From positions 1,295,188 to 1,359,187 of the forward strand of contig JAQGDQ010000017.1 of NCBI GenBank assembly GCA_030141605.1: a DNA stretch of 64,000 nt, in the 5' to 3' direction. Under the pieces are notes generated by a model. It searched no databases and had not been told where the DNA came from. It saw only the letters and a program-made list of their open reading frames with translations. Positions 59,879 to 64,000 of this stretch are shown piece by piece. The position numbers and the translations under genes are program-made. The stretch comes from Tubiluchus corallicola (lineage: Eukaryota > Animalia > Priapulida). Each line of letters opens with the position of its first letter. Position 1 is the first letter of the stretch.

Positions 59879-62472
59879 GTAAGGCACATCCTAGTTTATA
59901 TGGAAGCCAAGCTTGGCTTCTTTTTTTTACAAACCTGTTGTTTTAACACTCTGCAATTTGACAAAATATTGATGTAATGAATCATTTTACAAAAGGCTGC
60001 TGCGGGTTATATGCGTTGGTGCAAATGCAAATGCATGCAAAACTTATGAAATTGCATTTGCCGCTGGTGACACAACGGTTAGAATAAGAAAAAATCGTGC
60101 GCGTCATGCTGTATGGCAGTTCCATTTTTGAAACAGTAGGGGTGCAGTAATATGAGTACCCTTTTCTAAAGCCGCCTCAGAACTGTGTAAACAAATGATT
60201 GCTTCCTCCTCTGTAACTTATTCTCGTTAGCGAAGAAACCTCTGCTTTCGATTTAGCATTTAATGTGTGTCAAGGTTGTTCCATTCTCCCCTGGCAGGGG
60301 TGGCCGTTATGTTGAGGTGGGCCTGCCTGCGGAAGCTATTTTGAGGCGTCACGGAAGCGAAGAACTGTTTATGGCTGAAGATGCTGTAGCACGAGACCAG
60401 CTTCTCTTCTTCACTGCACCTTTTTTTGCACAATAGCGATTGTTTATGGGCGCCTTTTGTCCGTGAGGTGGAAATTATAATGCAAGCGCTTTTAATTGAT
60501 ATCCAGGAATCGTAGACTGCATATTGTTAATTCTCTTACTGGCGTTGTGTCTATCTTATAGACAATGTTATTGATCCCTGGCAACATCGCGTCTTGAAGT
60601 CCCGTCAGGCCAGAAGCCAGAATTTATACATCGGACAGTCGACCGTTGATTGTTGAACGTTTCTGCCATTGAAATGTGATTGCTTAACTCTGTCACTGTG
60701 CAAAATTTTGTGTTGGAGACGGACGGATAAAACTTGGATAAGTAAGTGAGTTTGTCAGCATGTTTTGCAAGAGACTTATCTGAGTTGGAAAACGTGGGAA
60801 TGTATATAGCCTGTGATGTAGGGTGTAGTAGCGCTTTGACATTATTTTTGCGTTCTGAGTAGCGTTCTTTTCTCGCATATTTCTCACTTTAATAGGCCTA
60901 CATTTTTTTACACAAAAATGGCAATGCTAACCTGCAAAGTTCAATAAAGTGTGCTACCATATTTTGAAATAGTAGTACCTGGTAAAAATCACTTAATTGT
61001 TTAAGTTATTCCTAAATCTTTTAAAAATAAAAAATAATGTTCTAACTGATGTTTTGTCACTTCAGCTTATAAAATTTCGATTTTGTGTGGTAAACGCGCT
61101 TAGCAATTTAACGCAGGTGTCTTCTAGACTATTTAGGGTAATGAAACTTCCCGTTTTTACAGAAGAATAGTCAACTTGCATAAAACATCTTTTTGCGCTA
61201 CTTTTTATGTTCTTTTTATGGTTACGAAACTGTAACTAGGTAATGACTATGAGTAAACAAACTTTTAGTTTTAACCTAGAACATTATTAACACTTATTTT
61301 GCAAATTTCTTATCCACCCAATTATTATATTAACGTGTGGTATAAATCTTAATCCTGCGAAGCTAAAGCAATATATTTTTGATAAAAAAACCAGCAATAC
61401 TAATTCTTCTGTGTATTGCCGGAATTTATTTTTATAGACCGGTTTTGTATGAAGACCTCCAGGGCGTCATGAAATGACATATTGGCCAGCTATACAGGCA
61501 CATTCATATCTTTTTGCTTGTGGTACAGAAACAACGAACAACAGTGCATAAGAGTTATTTATTACATCAAAGTATTGCTGAAACAATTGCGAATGTATCA
61601 CGCCCTCAATGTTTATAATAAAAGTTTCGGACGTCTCGCACAGCCTGCGATATCTAAGGGTATGATTGGACCACCGACTTCAAAACTCTGGGATCAATTT
61701 TTTTCGAGTGAACTGAATGGCACGGGGAAATTCACTGGACCTCAACTCGCGAAACACGTTGAAGGACAAAGTGGACGCTTAAAGCAAAACCGCACAAAAT
61801 CTTAAACTGTAGGTCAAAACAATCTGCTCTTTAAAATATTGAAAGGAAGCATACTGTTTTTTTTCAAAAACGACTTACGTGAAAGGAATATTATCACACA
61901 AACACAATTTCACGTTCGCGCCACTAGTTCTTCGCAGTTACATGTATTTCGCTATTCGCTAGTTAGACGGCCACTAGCGCCTGCATTTCGGAAACGCATT
62001 GCACAAAAACAGGTGCTGCACCTCTCTTCTTCATACGTGTTAGTTTGTGACGAACTACACACGTTCGACAACTCATACGTGAACACATCGGTAAATTTGA
62101 AATTTTAACTTTAATCTTAGAACTTGCCTAGTTTTAGTACTGCGCATTGAATATCTTACAGTAGCGCTGTACTTCAATTTTCGTTTTCGCTAGCACGCGC
62201 AACACGCTCGTCAAATATTTTTGCTGTTGAAAATTATGTTAGTTTGTAATGTCATCAATAGTTGGGCTCAGCAGTCGTTAATTAAGTTTTTAATCTATTA
62301 TTTATTTATCAGAAACGCTTTTGCAATATTAATTGTGTTAAAATGTATACTTTTATCGGATTTGAAAATCATCCTGTCTTCCTTAAATGACCCAAAAACA
62401 TGCGATTGATCAGCATTCAAGAGAAAACTTGTGAGACATCTCCAAGATGTTAAGTTCTTACCTCTGAATACA

Positions 62473-62667
62473 GCAGACTTTACTAGACATCCGAGGCTTA
62501 CCCACGGGTATGGCCGGTTCGCAGACTTTACTAGACACCCGAGGCTTTCCCACGGGTATGGCCGGTTCGCAGACTTTACTAGACACCCGAGGCTTTCCCA
62601 CGGGTATGGCAGGTTCGCAGACTTTACTAGACACCCGAGGCTTACCCACGGGTATGGCAGGTTCGCA
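62473..62667. repeat. 48-bp tandem repeat, 4 units
   Basis: gcagactttactagacacccgaggcttacccacgggtatggcaggttc. Confidence 0.95.
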
Positions 62668-64000
62668 ACAGTTTCAACAATATTTTGATGTAATAAATTG
62701 CTCTGTACTTTTACTCCTTGCTTCTGTATCCCCTAGGAAAAATTATGTATTACTCTGCACTTAAAAGTTATCACTAATAGATAGAAACGTATTTTTTATT
62801 ATTTTTAACCATTAAAATATTTCTTATTTAATCCATTTTTAAAATAATTTCTATTTCTTTTTTAATCTCTTCTTATTTTGCCAAAACAGAAAAATCAAAA
62901 AGGAAATTATTGATGAAACGAATCATCATTTATGACGCTATTCCTACTGAGAAAATTTTCTTGACCTCTGTCCATTTATGGCTCTTGCACTTATGCTTTT
63001 CCATCCATCTTTCTAAGAAGAAAACCGCGTAGAAAAAAAAAAGAAAAACGTCTTAGAGGTGCTTGGTGGATTCTTGGAGGAAATTTAAAACTCTTTGGAA
63101 AGAGGAGAAACCGACCAGCACAGTGATGTGGGTCTCTTTTGCAAATGCCTCTACCAAGATCGTAATTTGGGAAGGGTTTTTTCTGGTCGACCTGTATCAA
63201 ATTATTAAGCATCACGTCTCAGCGAAATGACTGTACAATGCAAAAAGAGCGTAAGAGGGAAGTCAGTGATTTGCGAGAGATTTTCTACCAGGCGGAAGAG
63301 GCGTAAATAGACGAGTCAGGTTTCCCTTTTCCCTGTTTCACTTAGAGAAATACTTCTAGCGAACTGAGCTTCTCAAATTTACTGGTGCGGAGAACTGGGC
63401 TCGCGTGCACCCAGGTCACGAGTCAGTCAAGATTACCCCGATAAAAAGGTGCTGAATTACTGTTGCTTTTAAATTGATATAAATTCTTGCAAATTCAATT
63501 TAATGTTTAACACAATAGGTGATTTTGCAATATTTTGCAGTAATCTAATTGTAACAAAAATGAAGATTACCATGACAGGCCTATTCTGAGTTAGTGTTGC
63601 TTTCAAACTGTAATTCGGTCGCTTCAAAATTAGTTTAATGTGTATTATTAGTTTTTATAACAAGCGATTCTCTGAGCAATGGCACGATGTGACAATTATT
63701 TTGCAACTGATGGCGAGGTGAACAGCCGAGTGGTAACAGCAAACGCTTTGCGACAAGTGGATAGTTGAATGACTTCCAGCGTAAGGGGTCACTATAAGCA
63801 GTATAATGCAGGACTCACTATAACGACTCGCTATAATCATAATGTGAAATTAGACATTAAGTTCTAACATACTGTTGTGTTAGTAATTGTAGCAGCCGTC
63901 TTGTCTGCTATCTTGATGTATGTGTATATACTTATATGTATATATGTGATTGGTGATTCTTGATTGACTTATATATATATATATATATATTACTCATTAT

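Noticed and set aside
62473-62667. Repeat array and overlapping ORFs as a CRISPR or repeat protein
   Set aside because: Contiguous 48-bp units with no unique spacers, in a eukaryotic context; the ORFs are a by-product of a unit length divisible by 3.
62991-63215. 74-aa minus-strand ORF
   Set aside because: No recognisable domain and no convincing splice partner in the window.

Overview
AT-rich, intron-containing animal (invertebrate-like) genomic DNA, not prokaryotic. Three conserved genes can be assembled by hand from GT/GC-AG splice signals with consistent exon phases. (1) The 3' part of a GDP-fucose transporter (SLC35C1, + strand, exons 1552-8658). (2) A complete actin-related protein 8 gene (ACTR8/Arp8, - strand, 12 coding exons, 26544->13833, ~590 aa, one GC-AG intron). 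(3) A complete GRIPAP1/GRASP-1 gene (+ strand, 22 coding exons, 27158-52180, ~848 aa), head-to-head with ACTR8. A probable fourth transcription unit starts near 59.7 kb behind a CRE/X-box/CCAAT promoter. Introns and spacers hold MITEs, LINE fragments, SINE-like pieces, a solo LTR and minisatellites. The most unusual region is the ACTR8 3' end. The last 38 nt of the CDS are tandemly duplicated after the stop codon, and the first copy keeps the peptide LLRERAPFTW through synonymous-only changes, in the frame that skipping exon 11 would produce. Further copies grade into a 90-bp minisatellite that carries a 364-codon antisense ORF. Next to it is a ~290-bp palindrome with hammerhead-ribozyme cores. 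Gene names come from remembered similarity to known proteins; no database search was run.
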